Shown: piece after piece, positions 12,753 through 25,230 of the stretch
How the letters are laid out: each line of letters opens with the position of its first letter
Position numbering within the stretch: position 1 is the stretch's first letter
Assembly: GCF_963921235.1 (NCBI RefSeq)
Contig: NC_086097.1
Span: 63,056,001 to 63,120,000, forward strand
Reading direction: 5' to 3'
From: Mobula hypostoma
Lineage: Eukaryota
Length of the DNA stretch: 64,000 bases
Notes under the pieces: generated by a model
What the model saw: the letters and a program-made list of their open reading frames with translations, nothing else
The model's database searches: none
Told to the model about the DNA's origin: nothing
Made by a program: the position numbers and the translations under genes

Positions 12753-13768
12753 ATGTGTGTGAGGCCAGTGTTCTGTGCTCAGTGTCAGATGTGGGAAGTC
12801 CTGGAGACTCCCAGCCTCCCGGAGATGCAGCTCGATGACCGTTGTCTGGTCAAGGAGAGTGAGGAGGTGATAGAGAGGAGCTATAGGCAGGTAGTCACAC
12901 TGGGGTCTCAGGAGACAGACAAGTGGGTAACAGTCAGGAGAGGGAAGGGCAAGAATCAGATGCTAGAGAGCACCCCTGTGGCTGTCCCCCTTAATAATAA
13001 GTACTCCTGTTTGAGTACTGTTGGAGGGGACGGCCTACCTGGGGGAAGCAACAGTAACCTGGCATAGAGTCTGGCCTTGTGGCTCAGAAGGGTAGGGAAA
13101 GGAAGAGGATGGCAGCAGTGATAGGGGACTCTATAGTTAGTCAGACAGACAGGCAATTCTATGGATGCAGGAAAGAAATGCAGATAGCAGTTTGCCTCCC
13201 AGGTGCCAGCATCCAGGATGCTTCTGATCGCGTCCATGATATCCTGAAGTGGGAAGGAGAACAGCCAGAGGTCATAGTACATATTGGTATGAACGACATA
13301 GGTAGGAAAAGGGAGGAGGTCTTGAAAACAGACTACAAGGAGTTAGGAAGGAAATTGAGAAGCAGAACCTCAAAGGTAGTAATCTCGGGATTACTGCCTG
13401 TGCCACGCGACAGTGAGTATAGGAATAAAGTGAGGTGGAGGATAAATGCGTGGCTGGGGGATTGGAACTGGGGGCAGGGATTCAGATTTCTGGATCATTG
13501 GGACCTCTCTTGGGGAAGGTGTGACCTGTACAAAAGGGACAGGTTACACTTGAATCCCAGGGGGACCAATATCCTGGCGGGGAGTTTTGCAAAGTATTGG
13601 GGAGAGTTTAAACCAGAATTGCTGGGGGGTGGGAATGGAACTGAAGAGACGGAGGAAGAGATGGTTGGCTCACAAATTGAGAAAGCTTGGAGACAGTGCG
13701 AAAGGGAGGATAGACAGGAGATAGAGAAGGGACACGCTCAGACCGATGGTTTGAGATGTGTATTTTAA
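12753..13768 (+). pseudogene. CR1 ORF1p, SGNH/GDSL esterase-like with an N-terminal CxxC; broken near 13067
   Basis: SGNH blocks VIGDSIV, CLPGA, HIGMND, DRLHLN in ORF 13079..13768; FCAQCQMW in ORF 12690..13067. Confidence 0.88.
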
Positions 13769-14038
13769 TGCAAGGAGTATTATGAATAAAGCGGATGAGC
13801 TTAAAACGTGGATCAGTACTTGCAGCTGTGATGTTTTGGTCATTACAGAGACTTGGATGGCTCAGGAGCAGGAATGGTTACTTCCCTTTAGCCACAAGGG
13901 CCATATCTAACTCCATCTTAAATATAGCCAATGAACTGGCCTCAACTGTTTCCTGTGGCAGAGAATTCCACAGATTCACCACTCTGTGTGAAGAAATTTT
14001 TCCTCATCTCGGTCCTAAAAGGCTTCCCCTTTATCTTT

Positions 14039-14891
14039 TGTTACGTACCCCATAACTGGGTTACCAAACCAGCAGAAATGGATCACTCAGTTGGAGTCTG
14101 GATTACTAGAACTAAGAAAGTTTTATTAAAGAAACAAGCAACACAGTACTCTAATCAAAAGGATAATAAATGCAACAGTTCAGCAATGATAATCACACAT
14201 GTGCACAGAATTAAGATAACAGGATCAATCAAGCTCTATCGTTGTCTAGGGGTAAATGACCAGTTTCAAAGTGACGCAAAGTTCAGTTCAATTTAGTTCA
14301 GTTCAGTTCGCAGTAATCGCTGCCGTGAGAGATGGACAGTGTGGGGGAAGGAGAGAGAGAGCAAAACGAATGAATATTCAAGGCTTCCACACAGACCTTT
14401 GCAGTCAGCTTTCGGGCGAGTCCTTTGTGATGTCATCTGAGGTCACCGACCGTGACCCCTCCATTTCCAGATGCGTTTGTTTCTCTGCAGTGAACCCAGC
14501 ACCCCGGCAAGGGTGGACACACACCAGGTTCCCGCCGATCGTGCCTTTCCACCCTGTGCGTCTATGGCCCGATACTTCCCACCGACTTGTGAGAGACGCA
14601 CTGCTTCCAGGGTCTTGTTACCTCGGGTGTCGTGTGTGTGTCCTGCCTTAGCAAACCTGTCCCTTTTTATCTCCCTGCTGGGGTATCGCCTGTCCATCAC
14701 TTCAAACAGTTCAGGGTTCAAAGGGGGAACCGATCTTGACAGATCTCCTTCCTTCATTAACATCTCCAAATGCTGCTCCATTGTTTTCCTTATCTCTCTC
14801 TCTCCTGAAGACAGGTGGCAGACCAACTGCTGATCCCACTGTTGCCAGCACAGGACAGCTAATATCTTTATCTATGTGTATTCTTGTCACA
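14039..14891 (-). mobile_element. Solo LTR, copy A (853 bp)
   Basis: TGTTACG...GTCACA termini, 4-bp TSD CTTT; minus strand has TATA-like gataaaaaggg and AATAAA about 90 bp from its end. Confidence 0.92.
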
Positions 14892-17120
14892 CTTTAAACT
14901 GTGACCCCTCTTTGTGAACTTCCACAACATCGGGAACAATCTTCCTGCATCTAGCCTGTCCAACCCCTTTAGAATTTTATACGTTTCAATAAGCTCCCCG
15001 CTCTATCTTCTAAATTCCAGCTAGTATAAGCCCAGTCGATCCAGTCTTTCTTCATATAAAAGTCCTGCCATCCCAGGAATCAATCTGATGAACCTTCTTT
15101 GTACTCCCTCTATGGCCAGAGTGTCTTTCCTCAGATTAGGGAACCAAAACAGCACACAATACTCCAGGTATGGTCTCACCAAGGCCTTGTACATCTGCAG
15201 TAGTACCTCCCTGCTCCTGTACTCGAATCCTCTTGCTATGAATACCAGCATACCATTCGCCTTTTTCACCACATGCTGTATCTGCATGCCCACTTTCAAT
15301 GACTGGTGTACAATGACACCCAGGTCTCATTGCACCTCCCCTTTTCCTAATCGGCCACCATTCAGATAATAATCTGTTTTCCTGTTCTTGCCACCAAAGT
15401 GGATAACCTCACAATTATCCACATTAAATTGCATCTGCCATGAATTTGCCCACTCACCTAACCTATCCAAGTCACCCTGCATCCTCCTCACAGCTAACAC
15501 TGCCACCCAGCTTCGTGTCACCCACAAACTTGGAGATGCTGCATTTTGCCATTCTGAAAAGGTCCCGTTTATTCCCACTCTTTACTTCCTATCCTCCAAC
15601 CATTTTTCTATCCACATCAATACCATACCCCCAATACCGTGTGCTTTAAGTTTGCACACTAATCTCCTGTGTGGGACCTTGTCAAAAGCCTTTTGAAAAT
15701 CCAAATATACCACATCCACTGGTTCTCCTCTATCCACTCTACTAGTTACATCCTCAGAAAATTCTTTAAGGTTTGTCAGACAAGATTTTCCTTTCACAAA
15801 TCCATGCTGACTTTGTCCGATGATTTCACTGCTTTCCAAATGTGCTGTTATCACATCTTTGATAACTGACTCTAGCATTTTCCCTACCACCGATGTCAGG
15901 CTAACCAGTCTATAATTCCCTGGTTTCTCTCTCCCTCCTTTTTTAAAAAGTGGGGTTACATTAGCCACCCTCCAATCCTCAGGAACTAATCCAGAATCTA
16001 AGGAGTTTTGAAACATTATCATTAATGCATCCACTATTTCTTGGGCTACTTCCTTAAACACTCTGGGATGCAGACCAACTGACTTTATCTGCCTTTAATC
16101 CCTTCAATTTACCTAACACCACTTCCCTAATAACATGTATTTCCCTCAGTTCCTCCATCTCACTAGACCCTCTGTCCCCTACTATTTCCGGAAGATTATT
16201 TATGTCCTCCTTAGTGAAGACAGAACCAAAGTAGTTATTCAATTGGTCTGCCATGTCCTTGCTCCCCATGATCAATTCACCTGTTTCTGACTGTAAGGGA
16301 CCTACATTTGTCTTAACCAATCTTTTTCTTTCCACATATCTCTAAAAGCTTTTACAGTCAGTTTTTATGTTCTCTGCCAGCTTTCTCTCATAATCTTTTT
16401 TTCCTTTCCTAATTAAGCCCTTTGTCCTCCTCTGCTGGACTCTGAATTTCTCCCAGTCCTCAGGTGTGCCACTTTTTCGGGCTAATTTGTATGTTTCTAC
16501 TTTGGAATTGATACTATCCCTAATTTCCCTTGTCAGCCACGGGTGCACTACCTTCCCTGGTTTATTCTTTTGCCAAACTGGGATGAACAATTGTTGTAGT
16601 TCATCCATGTGATCTTTAAATGCTTGCCATTGCATATCCACCGTCAACACTTTAAATATCATTGCCAGTCTATCTTAGCTAATTCACGTCTCATACCTTC
16701 ACAGTTACCCTTCTTTAAGTTCAGAACCTTTGTTACTGAATTAACTATATCACTCTCCATCTTAATGAAGAATTCCACCATATTATGGTCACTCTTACCT
16801 AAGGGGCCTCGCACGACAAGATTGCTAACTAACCCTTCCTCATTGCTCAATACCCAGTCTAGAATGGCCTGCTTCTAGTTGGTTCCTCGACATGTTGGTT
16901 CAGAAAACTATCCCGCATACATTCCAAGAAATCATCTTCCTCAGCACCTTTACCAATTTGGTTCACCCAATCTATATGTAGATTGAAGTCACTCATTATA
17001 ACTGCTGTTCCTTTATTGCACGCATTTCTAATTTCCTGTTTAATACCATCTCCGACCTCACTACTACTGTTAGGTGGCCATTACTGTTAGTAATGGCTAC
17101 AGTATCATAATTCCATGTCC

Positions 17121-17213
17121 TTTTTTTTACAAAATTCCTTTATTACAAATATTGGTGCTATACGATATATACAAAACAGTGACTAACACAATTACTTCAC
17201 TACAAACAAACAA
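17121..17213 (-). mobile_element. 93-bp polyadenylated retroposed 3' end (L1/Tx1-type)
   Basis: Minus strand ends aataaaggaattttgt(A)8; TSD TCCATGTCC at 17112-17120 and 17214-17222. Confidence 0.8.
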
Positions 17214-20200
17214 TCCATGTCCTGGGCTCACTTGACTTTCCTATGAAGGGCCGAATGGCCTACTCCTGCACCTATTTTCTATGTTTTCTATGATAGGGAG
17301 GGAGGCAAAAGAGGTTGGGGCATGGCACTGCTGATCAGAGATAGTGTTACGGCTGCAGAAAAGGAGGAAGTCATGGAGGGATTGTCTACGGAGTCTCTGT
17401 GGGTGGAAGTTAAGAATAGGAAAGGGTCAATAACTCTACTGGGTGTTTTTTACAGACCACGCAATAGTAACAGGGACATCGAGGAGCAGATAGGGAGACA
17501 GATTCTGGAAAGGTGTAATAATAACAGGGTTGCCGTTGTGGGAGATTTTAATTTCCTAAATATTGATTGGTATCTCCCTAGAGCAAGGAGTTTGTTAGGT
17601 GTGTTCAGGAAGGTTTCTTGACACAATATGTAGATAAGCCTACAAGAGGAGAGGCTGTACTTGATTTAGTATTGTGAAATGAACCTGGTCAGATGCCAGG
17701 GCTCTCAGTGGGAGAGCATTTTGGAGGTAGTGATCACAACTCTATCTCCTTTACCATAGCATTGGAGAGGGATAGGAACAGACAAGTTAGGGAGCGTTTA
17801 ATTGGAGTAAAGGGAAACATGAGGCTAACAGGCAGGAACTTGGAAGCATAAATTGGGAAAAGATGTTCTCGGGGAAATGTACAGAAGAAATGTGGCAAAT
17901 GTTCAGGGGATATTTGTGTGGAGTTCTCCGTAGGTATTTTCCAATGAGACAGGGAAAGGATGGTAGGGTACAGGAACAGTGGTGTACAAAGGCTGTTGTA
18001 AATCTAGTCAAGAAGAAAAGAAAAGCTTACGAAAAGTTCAAAAAACTAGGTAACAATAGAGATATAGAAAATTATAAGGCTAGCAGGAAGGAGCTTAAGA
18101 ACGAAATTAGGAGAGCAAGAAGGGGCCATAAGAAGGGCTTGGTGGACAGGATTAAGGAAAACCCCAAGGCATTCTACAAGTATGTGAAGAGCAAGAGGAT
18201 AAGACGTGACAGAATAGGACCAATCAAGTGTGACAGTGGAAAAGTGGTACTTGATGAGTACTTTGCTTCAGTTTTCACCACAGAAAAGGATCTTGGCAAT
18301 TGTAGGGATGACTTACAGTGGACTGAAAAGCGTGAATATATAGATATTAAGAAAGAGAATGTGCTGGAGCTTTTGGAAAGCATTAAGTTGGATAAGTCAC
18401 CAGGCCGGACGAGAAATTGCTGAGCCTCTGGCGATGATCTTTCCATCGTCAATTGGGATGGGAGAGTTTCTGGAGGATTGGAGGGTTGCAGATGTTGTTC
18501 CCTTATTCAAGAAAGGGAGTAGAGATAGCCCAGGAAATTATAGACCAGTGATTCATACTTCAGTGGTTAGTAAGTTGATGGAAAAGATCCTGAGAGGCAG
18601 GATTGATGAACACTTGGAGAGGCATAATATGATTAAGAATAGTCAGCATGGCTTTGTCAAAGGCAGGTCGTGCCTTACAAGCCTGATGGAATTTTTTGAG
18701 GATGTGACCAAACACATTGATGGAGGTAGAGCAGTAGATGTAGTGTATATAGATTTCAGCAAGGCATTTGATAAGGTACCCCATGGCAGGCTTATTGAGA
18801 AAATAAGGAGGCATGGGATCCAAGGGGACATTGCTTTGTGGATTCAGAATTGGCAAAGAGCGGTTGTAGATGGGTTATATTCTGCATGGATTTGAACAGT
18901 GGTGTGCCTCAGGGATCTGTTCCGAGACACCTACTCTTCGTGATTTTTATAAATGGACCTGGATGAGGAAGTGGAGGGATAGGTTAGTAAATTTGCTGAT
19001 GACACAAAGGTTGGGAGTGTTGTGGATAGGTGGAGAGCTGTCAGAGGTTACAGCAGGACATTGATAGGATGCAAAACTGGGCTGAGAAGTGGCAGATGGA
19101 GCTCAACCCAGATATGTGTGAGGTGGTAAATTTTGGTAGGTCAAATATGATGGCAGAATATAGTATTAATGGTAAGACTCTTGGCAGTGTGGAGGATCAG
19201 AGGGATCTTGGGGTCTGAGTCCATAGGACACTCAAAGCTGCTGCACAGGTTGTCTCTGTGGTTAAGAAGGCATGTGGCGTATTGGCCTTCATCAATCGTG
19301 GGATTGTGTTTAGGAGCCGAGAGGTAATGTTGCAGCTATATTGGATCCTGGTCAGATCCCACTTGGAGTACTGTGCTCATTTCTGGTCACCTCACTACAG
19401 GAAGGATGTGGAAACCATAGATGGGGTGCAGAGGAGATTTATAATGATGTTAACTGGATTTGGGGCATGCCTTATGAGAATAGGTTGAGTGAACTTGGCC
19501 TTTTCTCCTTGGAGCGATGGAGGATGAGAGATGTATAAGATGATGAGGAACATTGATCATGTGGATAGTCAGAGGCTTTTTCTCGGTGTTGAAATGGCTC
19601 GCATGAGAGGGCACAGTTTTAAGGTGCTTGGAAGTAAGTACAGAGGAGATGTCAGGGGTAAGTTTTTTACACAGAGAGTGGTGAGTGCGTGGAATGGGCT
19701 GTCGGCAATACTGGTGGAGGCGGATACAATAGGGTCTTTTAAGAGACTCCTGGATAGGTAGATAGATCTTAGAAAAATAGAGGGCTGGGGGTAAACCTGG
19801 GTAATTTCTAAGGTAAGAACATTTTCGGCACAGCTTTATGAGCCGAAGGGCCTGCATTGTGCTGTAGGTTTTCTATGTTTCTATGTTTCTATCAATGGAA
19901 ACGGCAGCCAAAGGCACAACAGAGATGCAGTCAGGAATGAAAGTGAGCACAAATGCAATATCTAAACAGGAACCTGCCTGGCCAAGCAAATTGTGTTAGC
20001 ATTGTGGCATACACAAGACCAATGCAGGTTTAAAGGCAAGACTTGTAGAAATACACCAAAGAGGGATACATTCAAAGAGCAGCTCAGGCAGACAAGAATA
20101 AATGGACTGCAAAGGGAAGAGATATAGATAAAATGTCATGTTGCAGTTTCAGAAAAAGCACTAATCTACATGCTGTTGATCAAAAGTCTGATATTGATGA

Positions 20201-22886
20201 GAGTGATATAGGACTGAATAGCCTTGTGATTTCAAATGTGAAAATTAATAGGAGATAAGCAATATGGTCTGCACCAAAAGCAAATGGGAAAACTAATTAA
20301 AATGGAATTGGTCACTGGCTCAGCTGTTTCAAACATTCCACAAAATGGATTTCAGAGGCATCTCAAAGATACTGAACTGAAGCCAGCAGATATCCAACTA
20401 AGAAATTATACTGGAGAAAAGATAACTCCTGTGGGAATAACATTCCTAACAGTGAAATACAACAACTAACAAGCCACACTGGATGTGTATGTAGTAAAAA
20501 GAAGAGGGCCAGCATTTTGGGGCTATGATTGACTGAGACAACTACAACCTGATCGGAGACCCAACCATCATTCCCATGCTACATCCCCTGCAACAGAAGC
20601 AACTGAAGGTAAATTAACAAAGGTACTGGATGATGCCATGGCAGAATTCAAGGGTGGCATTGGAAAGCTCAAACATATCAAGGGTAAAATAGTGTTAAAA
20701 TAAAATGTAACACCCAAGTTTTACAAAGCAGGTCTGGTTCCTTATGTAATCCATGATAAAATAGCCAGTGAGCTAAATCACATGGAGGCTGTATGAATTC
20801 TTTCTAAGGTTGAGTGGAGTTCATGGGCAGTACTGGTGGTTCCTGTAGCCCAAAAAGAATGGGTTGTAAGGATCTCTGGTGATTTTAAAGTCACTATCAA
20901 CCTAGTACTGGAAGTAGATCAATACCCTCTGCCCAGGATAGAGGACTTATTTGCAAAACTTTCTGGAGGAAAACACTTCAGCAAAGTAAAGTTAGATGAG
21001 GCCTACCTAAGATGGAGATGCAAGTCCAAACTGTTTCTCACCATAAACACTCACGAAGGGCTTTATCACCACAATAGGCTTATTTTGGAGAAACATCTGC
21101 ATCTGCACTCTTGTAGAAAGCTATGGATGGTGCTGCAAAGCTGCCCAAGAACTCAGTGTTACCTAGATAACATCATTGCTACCAGTAAGAATGACAAGGA
21201 ACACCTCCAAAATCTCCACACAGTAGTAAAAAGATTAGAAGATTATGGGCTCAGAGCATGATGTGACATGTGTGAATTGTTTAAACACTTACTGTGGTCA
21301 CACCACTGACTCACAAGATTTACACAAGTGTGCTGAGAATATTCAAGTAGTAGTGGATGTCCCAAGGCCAAACGATGTGTCATAGTTGTGACCCTTTTTA
21401 GGATTTGTCAATTACTATAACTGGTTGCTGCCAAACCAGGCTACTGTGCTTCACCTCTTGAAATCACTACCTACAGATTAGGGAAAAATGGCAATGGACA
21501 AAACAGTGCAAGGCAGTTTTCCGAAAGGAAAAGGAAATGGTGACATCAGACACTGTACTTGCACATTATGATCCACATCATCCAGTAAAGCTAGCCTGTG
21601 ATCCCTCGCCTTATGGTGTAGGTTTAGTCATGACACATGTTATGAGTGATGGATATGAACGTCCCATAGCCTTTGCATCACTTTCCCTTATTGCTGCAGA
21701 GAGAGCAATGATGCACTGATTGACAGAGGGACCTTGAGTCAGGCCTACCTGGCATCCCAGAGTGGCTGGAATGGGTGGCAGAAATTCCAGTTCACCTATT
21801 TTTCCCAGCACCTTGATGAATGCCCTTGACAGGGGTTGTCTTTTGTGGGGATCGAGAGTTATTGTACCATCAAAGTGATGGAGGAGCTATATGCTGGTCA
21901 TCTAAGCGTGGTCAAAATGAAAATTTTGACTCGAAGCACTGTCTGATGGCCTGTGATAGATCAGCAGATTGAATAGCTTGCCATGCACTACTTGGGAAGC
22001 CAACATGTCCTGAAGATGCCAAGAGCAACTGCTCTCCATCCCTGGGAATGGCCTGCATTACCCTGGCAGAGCATTCATGTGGATTTTGCTGGACGATTCA
22101 TGGGCACAAATTTCTTGGTGGTATTGGATGCAGCTACAAAGTGGCCAAAGGTGTTCCCAATGGCTTCCACTATAGCTTTGCACACTGTTGATGTGTTGAG
22201 AAGCCTCTTCTGAAGGATTGGTGTTCCAGAACACTTAGTCAGTAACAATGGACAAAGGTTTGTGACAGATCCGTTTCTGTCATTTCTGAAAATGAATGGA
22301 ACAGGACATGTTACATCTGCACTATGCCATCCAAAACAAATGGCTTGGTGGAAACGTTTGTCCAGAGTCTAAAGGTTACATTACACTAACGCTGATTCAG
22401 ATGCTTGCCAATTTCCTTCTTGCAGATTGCAACGCAGCACACTCCACAACCAATCCTGGTGAAGAGTTACAAAGGTGATCAAAAGTGGGTACTTGGAAAG
22501 ATTAAGGACAGAACCAAGCCACTTTCATACACAATGGAGATTGCGCCAGATGTCAGCTGGAAACAATCTTTTGATCAGTTGAAGAGAGCAGAGTAAATTG
22601 TCAGAGAAGAACAGTGTCCACAGCTGTCAGAACCACTTCCTACAGTCCAAGAGTCAAATCCCACAGCCACCAGGGAGGAGGCCCCAGAGACTGAGATTCT
22701 TTCACATCCACACTCTCCTACCATGCAGAGTAACAACATTATCCCACAAGAGTAAGAAATCCTCCATAACAATTAAACCTTTGGGCCTGATTGCTATAGA
22801 TGTCTATAGTTGTGTTATATAACATACTGTATATAAGTTGAGATCATTCTGTATTGAGATTGAGTTTACAGCTAAGCAGGGACAAG

Positions 22887-23136
22887 TGTTGTGCATTTAT
22901 TATATCAGTAATATTTGAGTAATATTGTAAATACATTGTTTGACTAAGTATTCTTTGTTGTTTACCTTATTCATTACATGTTTTATGTAAAAGTAAGTGA
23001 ATGGCATACATCATCACACCACAACATCATAAAAGTAAAATTAAAAAAAAATAAAAAAAAATAAAAGTAAGAAGACACGTTACCATGGCTCCCATGTTTT
23101 TCTATCAATTAATTTCTGGAGTTACAAAACATAACA
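22887..23136 (+). repeat. 3' LTR of Gypsy copy 2
   Basis: TGTTGTG...ATAACA; homologous to 11501-11731 with an A-rich expansion near 23030-23070. Confidence 0.9.
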
Positions 23137-23459
23137 GATTGTTTGTGCCAGACAGTGTGGTTTAAGCTTCTGAAAAACTGCCCATCCCCTGTTTTTTTTG
23201 TGAACAACACTCTCTAGAGTTTACAAAGAATGGTATGAAAACAAAACCTAGTCAGCGGCAGTTCTGTGGGTAAAAATGTCTTGTTAGTAAGAGAGGTCAG
23301 AGGAGAATGGCCAGACTGGTTCAAATCGACGGGAAGGCAACAGTAACTCAATTAACCATGTGTTACAACAGTGGTGTGCAGATGAGCATCTCTGAACACG
23401 CAACACACTGGAGGGCTACCACAGCAGCACCTTATTAGGTAAAATGGCCTCTGACTCTA
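23137..23459 (+). mobile_element. Tc1/mariner-type element, right part
   Basis: Continues the transposase remnant (RGQRRMARLVQIDGKATVTQLT); ends in TIR-like aaaatggcctctgactcta. Confidence 0.7.
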
Positions 23460-23942
23460 TTTTGCAGTAAGGGCTGGTTTCTCAATAATACTTTTAACCT
23501 TGAACCACTACTGATCTGAGAAGTTCACATGTACTGTACATCATGCTCTTAGAAGTAGCTATAGGGTGTTGAGTGTACTTGGATAAAAGCATAGTACAAA
23601 TATTCCTGCTGGTAGAACTGACTGACATTCAATGCCACTTGAAAACACTGAGAGTGTGAAATAGAAGAGTAACGAGTGCTTCAGCAGACCATTGTTGATA
23701 TAAATTCCAAGAGAACTTAAGGTTAACAGACTTGATTTCAAAGTAAATCTATCTGAATACATGCCAGCAGTTTTCTGTAAGAGCGCAAACTTGCAAATAG
23801 AGGTAATCTACTTTCAATTATTGCCTTCTTTCTCTCTGTGGGAAATAATTGGGCAGCATTCATCGTGGAATTGCAGGCATTTACTAATTTCCTATCTGGC
23901 AGTGTGTGGATGTACTGCTTACTGAGCTGATATTATGATTTA

Positions 23943-24501
23943 GTTTCTCATAGCCTGGGGGGACAGTGGGGGGGGGGGGTGGCTAGTGATTAGCTCCCAC
24001 TACCTATTAAATGCTCCTAATGGCATGCACCTCAAATACCCCCTGACAACTTAGTCCAGCTCTTGGCCCTTATGTGTGGCTTAGTTACTAAGCCCAGTGG
24101 AACAGTCTCTACCAACAAGAGAAGGGGTAAGGGTGCCTTAAAACCAGTCACTTCAGGCAGATGGGACTAATCAACCATGGTTGGCAGCTCATCTCGGAGG
24201 AGGAAAACTCTGATCTCAAACCTCCTCTGATTTGCAGCTGTACCCACTCATGGGGAAGGCTTTTGGAGTAAACTACAAGGAAATATTCGAAACTGGGTTC
24301 AATGTTCACTGGCAACTCCTGCAATGCTGTACCAATCTCTGCCGCTCCTTTGGATTCATCAGCTGTGTGGCGAAGGGGAGCCTGCTTCATGAGCACCAGC
24401 TTTGCTCTTCATATCATAGTGCCCTGGCTTGCATATCGATTTCAATACGGACAGCTAAGATGCAACACCCATGGTCGACCCCGACTAACGAAGGGCCTTA
24501 T
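23943..24501 (+). mobile_element. Non-coding RTE-type SINE-like element (same family as 54481-55075)
   Basis: TSD tattatgattta/tattgtgattta (23931-23942, 24502-24513); shares agctcccactacct, ctgacaac, gtgtggcttag, aaaaccagt with the reverse complement of 54481-55075. Confidence 0.75.
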
Positions 24502-24769
24502 TATTGTGATTTAAAATGCTTTCTCAAACTCCATAAGTAAAAACTAGGAGGAAAAATATGGTCAGGAAATTTATCAGTCCAGTACTGGAGGTTACCATGG
24601 GGCTCATCAAGTCTCTTCAGTGCTCAGTGATTTTCATCTTCTTTGACTATCGATATCACACCTCACCTTTGTTGCAAAAACAATATTGGATTCTTTAAAA
24701 AACTCATTCAAAGGGACATTGAACACGTTGGTTGATAACTTCACACCATAAAGCAGTTAGTTCCAGATT

Positions 24770-25230
24770 CGGCTCCATCAGCCGAGTTCCTCCAGTAGAT
24801 TATTTGTTGCTCTAGATTCCAGCACCTTCAGTTTCTTGTGTCTTGTGTCCTGCTCTGCCTCAGTTCCTCCAGTAAGCCTTATATTGCCGGGAAGCGTGAT
24901 GCTGGGAAGTTCTGAGCTACATACACAAATTCTGGAGGAACTCAGTCAGTGAGAAGTAAACATGGGGAAGGAGAAATATGTTATCTGTTCAGTTACTTGG
25001 TTATCCATGTAGAACCTTGCAGTGCATGAATGAACGACTGTATTTACCAGTGTTGCAATCCTGACTACTTGAGCTCATGTAGAATCTACACAGAGTGGGC
25101 AAGCCACTGGGATTCCTCCCAGCACAATAATGAAGCAGATTTCCTGGGAAAACTGTCAGAGGTTACAAATACAGGAAGCATAGAGGGGAAAAAACAGTCA
25201 ACATTTCTGGCTGAGACTCTTCATTAGGAC
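24770..25230. repeat. Cluster of three Penelope-derived repeat fragments (about 24770-24845 +, 24920-24960 -, 25150-25230 -)
   Basis: gagttcctccag...gattccagca; cacaaattctggaggaactcag; cagtcaacatttctggctgagactcttcattaggac. Confidence 0.6.

Larger units (their letters stand above)
13884..17292 (-). mobile_element. CR1 LINE (CR1-B): antisense body 13884-17080 plus a sense 3' tail 17245-17292
   Basis: Minus ORFs with PGNYRLVSLTS, SQHGFVKGKSCLTNL, DFQKAFDKVPH, LVRPYLEYC; plus-strand tail gaagggccgaatggcctactcctgcacctattttctatg. Confidence 0.9.
12443..19889 (+). mobile_element. Full-length CR1 LINE (CR1-A): 5'UTR, esterase ORF1, EN-RT ORF2, (TTCTATGT)n tail; interrupted at 13884-17292
   Basis: Splits Gypsy gag (...EISV|SMETAA..., intact in copy 1) with TATC repeated at 12439-12442 and 19890-19893; ORF2 motifs YRP, GDFN, PGNYRPV, SQHGF, DFSKAFDKVPH. 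Confidence 0.93.
11501..23136 (+). mobile_element. Gypsy LTR retrotransposon copy 2, both LTRs present, interrupted by a 7.4-kb CR1 complex
   Basis: LTRs 11501-11731 and 22887-23136; 5-bp TSD GATTA/GATTG; gag PMLLSAIGGKPYSLLRSLTAP; RT VRISGDFKVTIN and CYLDNII; RNase H LACDPSPYGVG; IN PWQSIHVDFAG; PPT-like aagcagggacaag before the 3' LTR. Confidence 0.95.

Noticed and set aside
13079..13768. Host SGNH lipase/esterase gene
   Set aside because: It is CR1 ORF1, lying between the CR1 5'UTR and ORF2 and broken upstream
14256..14833. Recurrent ORFs of up to 135 aa in the three solo LTRs
   Set aside because: Frames and stops differ between copies and there are no recognisable domains; GC-rich LTR sequence
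23956..23982. G-run as a functional G-quadruplex
   Set aside because: Looks like homopolymer expansion in a SINE 5' end; absent from the sister copy
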